DNA of 64,000 nucleotides, from assembly GCF_006345805.1 (NCBI RefSeq), contig NC_043003.1:63302001-63366000 (forward strand), read 5' to 3'. A program made the translations under genes and the position numbers. Positions 1 through 12,840 of the stretch are shown here, one piece after another (the stretch's first letter is position 1; every line of letters starts with the position of its first letter). This stretch comes from Octopus sinensis (Eukaryota). The notes beneath the pieces were generated by a model that was not told the origin of the DNA, did no database searches, and saw nothing but the letters and a program-made list of their open reading frames with translations.

Positions 1-349
1 GTAAACATTGTAGAAATTCGGCAAAGAAATGAATTTTCGGGATGTAGCCTAGAGGGTTTTTTCGTATTAATCGTTTGGACTTTGTGAACACATACCAATT
101 GTTTTCATAACATTTTTAACGCTTTGAAGTAAATGTGACCATTTTGTGTTGAGTCGGCAGTTTGAATCACTTTAACCAAATTTTAGCAGGCCAGATGTTT
201 TATCATCACGATATATTGCCAGTGACTCCCTGAAACTCTCCCCTGAAATCCCCGTTGAGAAATCTATTATATATATAATAATACTTTGAATGTGACTCCT
301 GAGAAAGAGTAAAAGTAATTATCCGATGAACGATGGGTATTACTGCTAG
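1..349 (+). mobile_element. Possible Helitron-like 3' terminus
   Basis: Ends in an imperfect hairpin ATCCGATGAACGATGGGTAT followed by TACTG-CTAG|T (CTAG 346-349), the Helitron 3' signature. The 5' part lies outside the window. Confidence 0.35.
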
Positions 350-369
350 TGATATATATATATATTTAT

Positions 370-570
370 GTGTATGCATATGTCTGTGTTTGTCACCTCC
401 AAGGCTGGTGTGTCTACGTCCCTGTAACTTAGTGATTCACTAAAAGAGACCAATAGAAAAAGTACTAGGCTTACAAAGAATAAGTCCTGGAATCGATTTG
501 CTCGACTAAAGGCAGTGCTCCACCATGGCTGTAGTCAAATGACTGAAACAAGTAAAAGAGTAAAAGAGAA
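370..570 (+). mobile_element. SINE family 1, 3' half
   Basis: Matches the 3' half of the full copy at 5734-6140 (GTCCC.GTAACTTAG...GACTAAAGGC.GTGCTCCA...GAAACAAGTAAAAGAG). Confidence 0.75.
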
Positions 571-1061
571 TATAAGAACTAAGGTTGATTTCTCTGATTA
601 AACGCGTCAATCGGTGCCCCAGCATGACCACAGTCTAATGACTGCAACAGGAAGAGAGTAAAAAAAAGAGCAAAACTGTCATATAGTACTCATAGTAACC
701 CAACAAGGGTCCACTTAAGATATCCTTCAATGTGGAAGTAGAAAAATATAAAGCTGAAGTTACATCTCTCAACCCTTGGCAGCAGAACAAAAAGACAAAC
801 AAAAAATCTAGATATACTGGTCGGAGAGCGAATAAATTCAAAGAGCATTATTTTAATTGTACTATCTCATTCAGATATATTACTAAAATAAATACCACAA
901 AGCTGTCAAATTACTTATGGTAATTAAAAGTAAATGGAATAAATTTTGTCAGAGAGTGGAAAAAATTAGAAAGCGTAAAACCATATAAAACCAGAATTAA
1001 ATGGTTTGACTTCCATACAAACAGGAAAATAATCATCTTCTCAATGTTCATACATTGGGAA

Positions 1062-1400
1062 ATCATCATCATCATCATCATCATCATTGTGTAGCATCTG
1101 CTTTCCATGCTAGCAAGGGTTGGACGATTTGACTGAGGACTAGCAAACCAGATGGCTGCACCAGGCTCAAATCTGATCTGGCAGAGTGTCTACAGCTGGA
1201 TGCCCTTCCTAACGCCAACCACTCCGAGAGTGTAGTGGGTGCTTTTACGTGCCACCAGCATGAGGGCCAGTTAGGCGGTACTGGCAATGGCCATGCTCAA
1301 ATGGTGATTTTTACGTGCCATCGGCACAGGAGCAAGTCAAGCGGCGCTAGCAACGATCTAGCTTGAATGTCTTTTCATGTACCAGTAAGGCGACGCTGCA
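1062..1400 (-). mobile_element. 5'-truncated RTE 3' UTR/tail fragment
   Basis: (CAT)n followed by TTTCCATGCTAGC...CTACAGCTGGATGCCCTTCCTAACGCCAACCACTCC, the same as the 3' end of the RTE at 59602 onward. Confidence 0.75.
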
Positions 1401-1494
1401 ATTTTACTTTCTATAGTTAGGCACTCCACTTGGAACCTTTTTTTCATAATTTTCCCTATCCTTTTACCTATGTGTGTATGTGAGCATGTTTATA

Positions 1495-2021
1495 TATACA
1501 TATATATTTTTTAATAATATATTATTATTAATATTAGGAAATCAATATCAAAACTCCTCAGAAAGATATACACATGTGAAAAATAATTTTTGTATTAAAA
1601 ATATATGAATAAATATAAATATGTATAAAAATATATGTAAATATGACTAAGTATAAATATATAATATATATGACAGTTTAAAAGTTTTTAATTAATTATT
1701 TAAAGCATCTTACGATTGTTTCACAGAAGAGTAGTCCCTATAATGAAATCCTATATTGATAAGCATTTATAGACAACGCTTCTGCTCTTCAGAGATATAA
1801 AATTTGAATTCTGTATAACATATCGAATGATAATTTTTTTTAAATTTGAAGTAAAACTATAAAATGTTGTTTGTTTGAAAGATAAATTAAAAACTACTAC
1901 TTTTGATGAAAGTTTTTAATACAACAATTATTTTGCACACGTGTATATCATTCTGAGGAGTTTTGATATTGATTTCCTAATATTAATGATAATATATTAT
2001 TAAAAAATATATATGTGTATA
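1495..2021. repeat. Foldback/MITE-like element with ~107-bp inverted arms
   Basis: 1495-1601 (..ATTAGGAAATCAATATCAAAACTCCTCAGAAAGATATACAC..) is the reverse complement of 1913-2021 with few mismatches. The AT-rich spacer is ~310 bp. Confidence 0.8.
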
Positions 2022-2320
2022 ATCGCTAGTATTAAATATAGAAATACTTTAATAGACGACCTGGATATATATACGTGTGCGTGTTTGTGTGTATGTGTTT
2101 GTCTCCATCCCCCACCTACCAGTACTGCTTGACAACCAGTGCTGGTGTGTTTACATCCCCATATCTTAGTAATTCAGCAAAAGAGCCTGATAAAATAAGT
2201 AGCAGGTTTTAGGAAAAAGTCCTTGGGTTGATATTTTGTTCAACTAAAACCCTTCATGTTGGTGCCCCAGAATGGCCACAGTCAAATAACCGAAACAAGT
2301 AAAATATAAAAAGATAAAAG

Positions 2321-2357
<37 letters not shown>

Positions 2358-2637
2358 TTCTTTTAATTTCTGTTCATATTCCTTTTCTTTTTCCTGTTAT
2401 TTAATTTTTTCAAAAGTTATTTGGTGACCCCAGTCCATGCTGCAATTATAGAAACCATGTCAAAGCTTGATGAAGACCAGGAGCTTGATGAATCCTGTCA
2501 AACTCCTGCTAGCATGGAAAATGGATGTTAAATGATGATGATGATGATACATGTGTACTGTATATATATGAAGGTATGTATACACCCACACACACACCTA
2601 TATATGTATGTGTGTGTATGTACGTAAGTATGTATGC

Positions 2638-2668
<31 letters not shown>

Positions 2669-2702
2669 CACACACAGATATATATATACATACATATATG
2701 TA

Positions 2703-2893
2703 TTTCTTTTATTTGTTTCAGTTATTTGACTGTGGCGATGCTGGAGCACCGCCTATAGTTGAGGAAATCCACCCCAGGACTTATTCTTTATGAGCCTAGT
2801 ACTTATTCTATCAGTCTCTTTTGCCGAACTGCTAAGTTACAGGGACATAAACACACCAGCATCGGTTGTCAAGCAATGTTGGGGGGGACAAAC

Positions 2894-2927
<34 letters not shown>

Positions 2928-3089
2928 GATGGGCTTCTTTCAGTTTCCGACTTCCAAATCCACTCACAAGGCTTTGTTCAGTCCGAGGCTATAGTAGAAG
3001 ACACTTGCCCAAGATGCCACACAGTGGGACTGAACCCAGAACCATGTGGTTTGTTAGCAAGCTACTTACCACACAGCCACTCCTACGCC
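2703..3089 (-). mobile_element. SINE family 1 (tRNA-derived), near full length
   Basis: Reverse complement of the 5734-6140 element, including the head GGCGTAGGAGTGGCTGTGTGGTAAG and the internal CA/TA tract. Confidence 0.85.
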
Positions 3090-4274
3090 TATGTATATTA
3101 TATATGTGTGCGTATGTATGTATATATATATTCATATATATATATATGTATATATGTATATATATATATATGTACACACACACACAAGCAGGTATATATG
3201 TATATATGATATATGTATATGTGATATGTAAATGTGAACTAATATACTAAAAGCCATCATTGTATAAGTAACAGTATCTCTAAACAGACATATGTCATCT
3301 TTTTTTTTTTAATCTTTGTTAACAGTTCACTAATTAATTGATTAAAAAAACGTTTCTTTTATGAATTGGCAAGAATTCAGGCAAAGTGTATTGAGTAGCA
3401 ACAAGAATTAACACTAGATTAATTGGACTGTAATAAAGAAGTATTCCTGGAGGTGAAATTCACACATCATTCTAGCCAGAATTAAATCCACTCTATAGTT
3501 TTTAGATGGTCACTTAAGGTCATATGATGTAGACACCTCTGATTTGACCCCAGTAAGTTTTGAAAATCGATTAAAGCTATTCATCATTTTCTAAAGGATT
3601 GGTCAAATGATATAAACATCTCTGATTCAACTCCAGTAGGGGTGTATAATTGATTAGCTCACGAGAAATTATTTTCAACATATTGTTTATCTTACCATGT
3701 TTGTTTTTGACTTTTACTTCACTGCATCTAAGCTATATTAATAGATGTATGTTGTATATAGAAGTCCTTGGTATGACTTTAATCTGCATCCTTTGGTAGG
3801 ACCCTGATTCAGGAGTTCCAGAGTGCCAAGTAGTGTATAACAGATATGTATAGTTATACATAACCAGTATATGTTATACTTTGTAGCTCCATGGATGCTA
3901 CAAATGTATTGACTTGTCTTTCCTTCATGGCATATCCTTGAGTAGAGGGGTGGTAAGTGTACTTGGGGCTTGGCCTTTGCTTCTGTAAACAGCTCAGGCA
4001 CAGCAGAAGTGGGTAAGCTACTGTGTCTGAAACTACTGTTAACCAACAATGAACATGGCTAACTCGTGTTGAGGGATGGATATCTAGACTGTGGAATCCC
4101 TCTAAATACACACTACTAGGAATTTAGAAATTGATATGGTTTTGTATTGAATTGGATAGGATTGGATTGCCCATATTCAGCTTACTGCAGGATGTAGGCC
4201 TCAGCATGTTTGTTCCTCAAGAGAATGCCACACTGGCTTGACATGACTTGGCAAAGAGATGCAGTTTTTATATT

Positions 4275-4455
4275 CATGCCCAGGAGTAGTTAAGTCAATT
4301 ATATCAACCCAAGTGCTCAGCTAGTATTTATCTTATCGATCTTGAAAGGATGGAAAGCAAAGCTGACTGCGGTGGAATTTGAACTCATACTATAAGGACT
4401 GATAAAATACTGCTAAGCATTTCACCCAGCATGTTAACAATTCTGCCAGGTTGCA
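4275..4455 (-). mobile_element. SINE family 2 copy
   Basis: Reverse complement of the 15982-16217 type (GAAAGGATGGAAAGCAAAG..GAATTTGAACTCA..TGCTAAGCATTTCACCCAGCATG). Confidence 0.65.
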
Positions 4456-5104
4456 ACCTCGTACCAACATATACTGGTGATACAGATAAGGAAATACTTT
4501 ATTCTCAAATGCAGAATAATGCTGGCAGAACAGCAGGAACGGGATAAAATATCCTGTCAATGGGCAGTTTAGCTTAATGGTAAAGCACATCTCAGTGCTT
4601 CTAAAAGCATACTTTGTTTACATTTATCATAATTTGAATTTAATATATTGGTACGTTATTTAAGATTAATATGAATTTGTAATCTTCTTCAGCATTGTAC
4701 AATTTAAATACTGATGGTGATGGAGATATGTGCTCACTACTGACAAAAGAATGCTGAAATAGATTATAACTGCTACCTGTTTTTATCTTGATGCTATTGG
4801 CTGAGCAAAATGCTTGAAGGTAGAATACACCTCGTGAAGCAAAATTGTCTTTTCAAATCTTGGTTCCCTGACAACCTCATCATCCATCTTCATTGTTTTA
4901 ACATCCACTTTTCCATGCTTGCGTGAATCAGACAGAGTTTGTTGAGGCAGATTTTCTATGGCTAGACTGGATGCCCTTCCTGTCACCAACCCTCACCTGC
5001 AAAGTAATGTTTCCCCATGATTTTTCAGAATATTGGAAATGAAGAACATTGCTTGCATGATACTGACACTCATTAACAACTACCACATGACATCAAGGCA
5101 GAGA

Positions 5105-5345
5105 GTCACACACAAACACATGCACACACTCACACACAAACTCACACAAAAACACACAAGCAAACACACATACACACACTCACACACAAACACACACATA
5201 CACACACAAACACATACTCACACACACACACTCACACACAAACACATACATACACTCACATACACACACATACCCACACACACACACATACACAAACACA
5301 TAGATACACTCACATACACAGACTCACATACTAACACACACACAA

Positions 5346-5383
<38 letters not shown>

Positions 5384-5445
5384 AGACATACACACACTCA
5401 CAAACATACACACACTCACACACACAAACACAATCACACACACAC
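5105..5445. repeat. Degenerate (CA)n microsatellite
   Basis: Directly visible. Produces the His/Thr-rich pseudo-ORF 5033-5734. Confidence 0.95.
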
Positions 5446-5733
5446 ATGTCAAGCTTTTTTCAGTTTCTGTCTACCAAATGCACTCACAAGGCTCAGTCAG
5501 TCCAAGACTATAGAAGACACTTGTCCATGGTGCTATGCAGTTGGACGGATTCAGGAACGATGTAGTTGGGAAACAAACTTCTTAATTGCACATCCACACT
5601 ATAAATATTCATTGTTAAGTAATGAACTTCAATGGAAACATTTTGAGATAAAATCCATGCCACTCTCCTTCAAAAACCATTTCCAATATGAATTACATTT
5701 GGAGCTTATTCAAAAAAATTTTACAATTTTATA

Positions 5734-6140
5734 GGCGCAGGAGTGGCTGTTTGGTAAGTAGCTTGCTAACCAACCACATGGTTCCGGGTTCAGTCCCACT
5801 GCGTGGCATCTTGGGCAAGTGTCTTCTGCTATAGCCCCGGGCCGACCAATGCCTTGTGAGTGGATTTGGTAGACGGAAACTGAAAGAAGCCTGTCGTATA
5901 TATGTATATATATAAGTGTGTGTGAATATGTTTGTGTGTCTGTGTTTGTTCCCCTAGCATTGCTTGACAACCGATACTGGTGTGTTTATGTCCCCGTCAC
6001 TTAGCGGTTCGGCAAAAGAGACCGATAGAATAAGTACTGGGTTTACAAAGAATAAGTGCCGGGGTCGATTTGCTCGACTAAAGGCGGTGCTCCAGCATGG
6101 CCGCAGTCAAATGACTGAAACAAGTAAAAAGAGTAAAGAG
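5734..6140 (+). mobile_element. SINE family 1 (tRNA-derived), full length
   Basis: A-box-like TGGCTGTTTGG and B-box-like GGTTCAGTCC, central (TA/TG)n, and 3' end GAAACAAGTAAAAAGAGTAAAGAG. More than 10 related copies occur in the window. Confidence 0.9.
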
Positions 6141-6176
6141 TAATGAACTGTCTCATTATCAAACTATTGTAATCAC

Positions 6177-6224
<48 letters not shown>

Positions 6225-6440
6225 TCCACAATTTCGGGAAAGAAAAGAGAGAGAGAGAGAGAGAGAAAACAAGACTGCTACAACTACACCGCTTCCATCT
6301 TATTTCTTTCTCTATATTCATTCCTGGAGACAATAGAATGTGATTCAAGGGATATGTGGTAACTACTCCTTGGAATTCTTCTAGTTTCCTCTTACAACAC
6401 AAATGGATGCAGTTATATCTATCCTAAAAAGACTAACTCA

Positions 6441-6487
<47 letters not shown>

Positions 6488-7350
6488 TGAGTTTTAAAAA
6501 ATAATAGCCACCAATGAAGCTTGAACATAACTGAATATTCACAATTTACTTTTTACCAAGTACTTACATGTTTTTACAACAATGATCAGGTGAATGTTTA
6601 CATAATAATTTTTATGTTTAGGTAAATATTTACACAATAAGTGTATGTTGGTGAATATTTAAGTAAATATTTACATTTACATAGCAACAGTGACTACAAC
6701 AAAACAACATTGGTACATAGTTAAAGGGACATACTTATTATAGTATTACACCAGTTTTTCAATGAACATTATTTTCAAATCAACATTTACCGTTTATTCA
6801 GAACTGGTTTGAATTTTTTAATGAATCTCTTTTGCTTTTCTTTTAATTTCATTTGAAGTATAAGTTTTATGAAATAGAAATATTGGGAATTTTTTGTAGC
6901 ATATTTCTAAATAACTACTTAAAATAATAGATCTGGGTCCCTAATTTTTTGCTGTTGTATTTACATACATTCTGATAATGACTCTCCAGTTTGGCCAATA
7001 TATTATTTTAAAATTTATGTATTTAGCAGAGTATATTAGATTTCATATTAGTTTCAATATCTTTGAATCAAATTTGTTAATTTTCAAACAATGGATTTAA
7101 TCATCAATTAGAACTTAATTATCAATTAAATGCTTCTTCAAGGCAAATGACAACTAAAAGACTTGAAATAATTGTTGACAAAGACTATGTTTGATTTAAA
7201 CAGCAGTGACAAAAAATTCACAGTATCTGAGTGCTTTGACAAAGGATGCGGTACATATCAAGTTATACATGCTAGTCTTTATATCAACACAAAGAGTGGA
7301 TGACAAATATGAACAAATGCATTAACTAATACACACTCTCTCTCTCTCTG

Positions 7351-7384
<34 letters not shown>

Positions 7385-7574
7385 CAGTGGTGTATGCTAC
7401 ATGAATGCCATGCATGCAATGCAAACCTAAGATATATGAATAAATGTGTAACACATCAGATTTTAATGCAATTCTTTCATTTTTATAAGTGACAGTTGAA
7501 TGAAGGTACACGCATGCTGTATGTAGTCAAATTATAAGGTTTTTATTTTAAAATTGCATGCTCGCTGTCTTAAG

Positions 7575-7840
7575 TACCAGGAGCCACCACCATCTTCATC
7601 ATCATTGTCGTCATCATCATCATCATCTTCATTGCCATCATCCTCATTATCATCTTCATTGCCATTACCATCATCTTCATTGTCATCATCATCATTATTG
7701 CTATCATCGTCGTCATCATCATCATCTTCGTTGCTATCATCATCATCATTGTTGCCATCATCATTGTCGTTGCTGTCATCATCATTGATATCCTCATCAT
7801 TGGCATCACCATCATCAACATCGTCACCATCATCATCTGA
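7575..7840. repeat. Degenerate (CAT)n trinucleotide tract
   Basis: Directly visible. Explains the Ser-, His- and Met-rich ORFs. Confidence 0.95.
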
Positions 7841-8559
7841 TATCCACTTTTCTATGCTTACAAAAAGGATTTTATATACATGTGCGTGTTATTCAACCCA
7901 TGCCTGCATAGAAAACAGAGGCTAAAGGAGGAATATGATGATGATGACATACATACATACAGCAGGTTTCCTTCAACCAAATTCCAGTCACAAACCTCAA
8001 GTCAAGTCTGCATATCTTTGGATTAGAAACATGTACAATATGATCATACAGTTACTTTGGAAAGTTCTGTGGAATGATAGCAATTGCTACAACAAAGTGA
8101 AGATATTACCAGTTGATGGCTTGATTTTATTGGCTAAAAGCAAAAGGTTTAGCATTATTTAGATCTTCACTTGCATCCACTGAATCCAAACCATTTCTCT
8201 AAAATCTTTTATCGTTAATTTGTTTCAGTTATTAGAATTTTAGTTGAACGAATCGATGAAATACAGCTAAGCATTTTGCCCGGTATGCCAACATTTCTGC
8301 CAGCTTGCTGCCTTTGGGCTTCTTTCAGTTTCTGTCTACTAAATCCACTCATCAGGCCCAAGGCTATAACAGAAGGTACTTGTCCAAGGTGCCAGCCAGT
8401 GGGACTGAACCTGGAACCACGTGCTTGGGAAACACATGGACGCTCCTCCAACTTTTACTAAGACACAGTGAAACTTACCAAGGACCTTATAATCCAAAGC
8501 ATGTTTGCCTTTTTTTTAAGTTGATAGGATTTTTGTTTGCGAGACTTGGGAGAGGAAGG

Positions 8560-8723
8560 TCCTCTTTCTGAGAAACATGATGTAGTGCAACAAAATATGA
8601 AATAATCTTCAGGCAGAGCTGAAAATGTGGGAATCTGATTGGAGGGAAGCTGGAAAGATATCCCAGATTCAAGAAAATGGACTGAAGTCATCGATGGTCT
8701 GTGCACCATTGGAAGTGAAGAGC
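8560..8723 (+). mobile_element. Possible C-terminal remnant of an RTE-type LINE
   Basis: Translates to ..WKDIPDSRKWTEVIDGLCTIGSEE, resembling RTE ORF C-termini. It abuts the piggyBac 5' end. Confidence 0.35.
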
Positions 8724-8727
8724 TTAG

Positions 8728-10976
8728 CCCTCAGAACTCCAGCGGCCACTATTCCAGCTGCAAGCCACTGATACAAATACCCCAGCTTTACTGGCTGTCA
8801 CATTGTCACATATCATTTAACAACCCTTGGCCAATTAGCAACATTGTTGCATCTGATTGTGGCCTGCACATGCCCTATCACAGGAATTACATCCTGATGA
8901 TTGAAGCTTCTCCCGCTAGTTTTTCATGAAAATGAGTTGAAAAATACTGTCTGTGAGTGATGTCTTGCATCAAGTGTTGTCACCTGATGAAGAGGACATT
9001 GACAATGATTTAGACCCAGAAGGTGATAGCTATGATCTTGACGATTATGCTGCTGTACAAAATGCACAGCCACCAGAAAATATGCATGGTGCAGTGCCTG
9101 TTGGTTGTCAGAATAGGAGGCATGTTCATGGTAGGAATGGTGGGAGCACTCCATGTGGCAGCCAGCGAAGTGGTAGGATGGCAGAGAGACAGACTTTTCA
9201 GAGTACCAATTTTCACTAAATAATCCACATGGGCCCAGGAACATGCCTTACACTATAAATGTAGACAGCACTCCAAATGACTATTTTAGTTTATTCTGGA
9301 ATAATGACTTATGGGATATTGTACTTGAGGAAACTAAAAATCAAGCTGAACATGTGTTTTAGACAAAACCAAATAATTTCTCAACAAAAATTTTGCATGA
9401 GAAAAAATTTACATTGAAAGAAGTGGAAGCAATTTTTGGCCTCCGGCTGACCATGGAATTGCTGGTGCACAAGGATCACTATGAACAGTACTGGCAGTCA
9501 AAGGATGCTTACTAACACTGGCCCCAAGTTTTCCAGGTCATGAGCTGCAACAGATTTCATGCTATTTGGCCTTTATTGCACTGTGTGAACAAGGAGGATC
9601 AGAAGATTGATAGGAATACTAGATTGCCCAAGACTCGTCCTATATTCAATCACTTGTTTGATAAATTCAAACAACGCCAAGTGCCTGGCTGTGATTTATT
9701 GCTAGATGAAGGAATGATCCTCATGAAGAACAAGCTTTCATTCGAGCAGTATATAAAAGATAAACCAATACTTTGGGGGATAAAATCCTTTACATTATGT
9801 GATTCTGAAAACCGATACATCTGCAATGCAGAAATGCGTACCGGAAGGGAAGATGATGCAAATGAAATTGACAACCTTGGTGTCACAGGAAACTTAATTG
9901 GGAGGAAGACAAATGAATATGCTAGACATAACTATGCACTCTACTGGCAGATTTTATGCCTCTGTACAACTTGTGGAATATCTTGTCAACAAAGGTATTT
10001 GAATGTGTGGTACTGCCATGACAAATAGAAGAGAATTTTCAAAGACCTTCATAAAAGATAAATGAGAGGGAAAGGGGGGACTCAGAATTTTTGTTCAATG
10101 GAAATGTGGCTGTCTTAATTTGGAAAGACAAAAGACTGATTTATTTCATTACATCACTCTTTATATCATCCCTCCTAGAACATGTTCAGCGACATGATGC
10201 AAATGAACACAGAAGGGTTCTTGTCCCTTGTCCTAAGGCAGTGAAAGAATATAATGCCCACATGGGTGGAACAGATAAAAATGAGCAAATGACTTCAAAA
10301 ATGTCACCATCATTACTAGTGGCCTAGACTCCTGATAGTAAAGTTTTTTATGTGGGCTGCCTACAACGCTTATGTGTTGATGGGTTTCTTCAAATGGCAT
10401 CACCCCCCTGGAAAGACAGTGAACACATTTCACTTCTTTCTAGAAAAACTCTGCCAAAAACTTGTTGGGAATGCTTAAAACAAGAACACCGATATTGACA
10501 GATGATGCTCAGCTGTGCAGGATGATGGAAAGAGGCTGTTACATGATGCACACCATGATGTGGAAAGGACAGAAACAGCATCCAGCAACAATTATTGCAG
10601 GGTGTGCGGGGAAAAATACCAGAGGAAAAAAACAGATGAAACTCCAGGCTGAGGACAAAGACTTACCCAAACACTGTAAGACTGTTTACAGATGGAAATA
10701 TTGTGAGGAGTTCCTCTGCATTGGAAAACCAAACAGTAACTGCTGGTTTGAAAGGCACCACAAGCACCAGTAGTGGCGATGAAACAAAACAAAAAACAAC
10801 AAGTGGTAAAGACAATGTTGCCCTCTATCTGGCATTTTATTTCAGTATGAGAGACTGAAAACACATTTTAGTGACACTGAAACAGTATTTAAATGGAAAA
10901 TAATTTCTTTGGGTCTTTTACCCAGGGAACCTGGGATGAGTGTGTTGAGGACAATGGGTGTTTGGAGTTCAAAGGG
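8728..10976 (+). mobile_element. piggyBac-superfamily DNA transposon, decayed, both TIRs present
   Basis: 5' TTAG|CCCTCAGAACTCCA (8728-8741) and 3' TGGAGTTCAAAGGG|TTAA (10963-10976) are 12/14-matched TIRs with TTAA-type targets, enclosing transposase remnants. Confidence 0.88.
8953..10773 (+). pseudogene. piggyBac (PGBD4-like) transposase pseudogene
   Basis: Motifs MSCNRFHAIW, LLLDEGM, KPILWGIKSFTLCDS, YNAHMGGTDKNEQM and a Cys-rich C-terminus. Several stops and frameshifts; the second catalytic D region appears to read GRFY. Confidence 0.85.
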
Positions 10977-11749
10977 TTAAGAAAAAGAAGAATATTTGGT
11001 TGCTGTTTTTTATCATTCGAGTTTTTATCATGTAGCGTTTTTGTAGTCTCATAACTGAGGATAAGCAGTTGTATAACAGTCTGGATACGGCATGTTTATT
11101 TTTGCTAATCTTGTTATTTTTATCAAAGTTGAAATGATAAACACCATTTTAACTGATTTCACATTGAAAACTTTTTAAGCATTTAAAACAATAAATCCAA
11201 GCACTTAACTATCATGTTACAATCTTACCCTTGCAATATCTAATTTCTTTAGGAGAACTCTGCTGACAATTCAAACATCTTTAATACACACACATATATT
11301 CACATGCACACACACACACACTCATATACACACATACACATATGCTTTTATTTGCACCAAATATAGTATATGGTGTTATTTGTTAATACTAGAGAAAGTA
11401 TTATTTGGTTTCAGTTGTGCTTGCTTACTGCTGAGTCAATATTATACTGTGTCTGTCTGTTAAGTAGATTAAACCGTCCAGCCATGTTATTTGTCTCATC
11501 ACTGGCAGCGATACCACGCCAGCCTTCGGTGCTATATTGCAAGGAAAGATGTAAATTGAGATGAGTTCCAGATTATTCATGAATGCAATGAAAAATTTTG
11601 TGATAATAGCAGAACATTTGAAAATTAATGATGGAATTAAAGGAATTTCGGAAAACCAAATAACGAAAATAATGAGGAAGCTGCTTATTTCTGTGGATGC
11701 AAATTTTGTTATATTCTGTAGTAAAACTTTTTATTCCTCACTGTCTCCA

Positions 11750-12530
11750 GGAGTGGGCATGGCTGTGTGGTTTAGGAGCTTGCTTCAAAACCACGGGCTT
11801 CTAGGTTCAGTTCCACTGTGTGCAGCAACTTGGTCAAGTGTCTTCAACTATAGCCCCTCACCTAGGTTGACCAATGTCTTGTGAGTGAATTTGATAGATG
11901 GAAACTATATGGAAGCCCATCGTATATGTGTGTATATATATATATATGTTATCATCATCAACATCATTATCATCATTTAACATCTGTTGTCCTTCTGGCA
12001 TGGGTTGGATGGTTTGACTGGGCTGGCATGCTGGAAAGGCTCTGCCAGGCTCCGTTCGTGGTTTTCTAAAGCTAGATGCCTTTCCTAATACCAACTACTC
12101 TGAGAGTGTAATGGGTGCTTTTATGTGCCACCGGCACAAGTGTCATTTGCGTGACACTGGTATCTGCCATGAGTGCCATTTTGCTTGGCTTGATGGGTCT
12201 TCTTCTCAAGCACAATATCATGCCAAAGGTCTCGGTCATTGCCTGCCTCCATGAGGCCCCATGCTCAAAAGGAACTCAGCCACTTTGTCTCCATGAGGCC
12301 CGTGTGTGTGTGTGAATTTTCACTGTTATGTTTGTCCGACTCACTTCTGTACTTGATAACCAGTGTTGGTTTGTTTATGTCCCCGTAACTTAGTGGTTTG
12401 GTGGAAAAAGACTTGTAGAATAACTACCAGGTTTGAAAAATAAGTGTTGGGGGTGATTTATTTGACTAAACCCCCGAAGACAGTATCACAGCATGGCTGC
12501 AGTCCAATAACTGAAACAAACAAAAAATAT
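11750..12530 (+). mobile_element. SINE family 1 split by an RTE tail insertion
   Basis: Head 11750-11940 and 3' half 12301-12530, with an RTE-type 3' UTR on the minus strand at ~11950-12300 sitting in the central (TA)n. Confidence 0.65.
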
Positions 12531-12549
12531 ATGAGAGCATAATTATTTG

Positions 12550-12840
12550 ATGTTTGTCTTCCTATATTTGCATCATTTGGCCAGGTGTTCCGCTGCACAG
12601 CATCCTGTCACTTGTTGAGGCCCATTTCATCTTCTTTATGAGTTGTAACATCCTGAGATCAGCCCTCACCACATCCTCTCAAGCCTTCCTTGATTTTCTC
12701 CTTCCCCTCGAATCACTTGGTACTTCTTTACTCAACCTTTGTCTTCCTAAGATACAAAGCATTATTGCACAGCTGTTTTGGTGCAACTCATTTGGCAACA
12801 CTGATCCTTCACTGAGATATTTGACATGAGATGTTTTAGC
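12550..12840 (-). mobile_element. RTE LINE ORF 3' fragment
   Basis: Similar to 60423-60620 (..GATCAGCCCTCACCACATCC..CCTTCCTTGATTTTCTCCTTCCCCTCG..). Confidence 0.6.

Noticed and set aside
1770-1795. Minus-strand CTGAAGAGCAGAAGCGTT
   Set aside because: Lacks stem II, GAAA and stem I complementarity.
3738-4111. Overlapping 85-103 aa ORFs in unique sequence
   Set aside because: No recognisable domain, and splice signals are ambiguous on both strands.
7554-7925. Ser-, His- and Met-rich ORFs
   Set aside because: All frames of a (CAT)n tract, with no splice or homology support.
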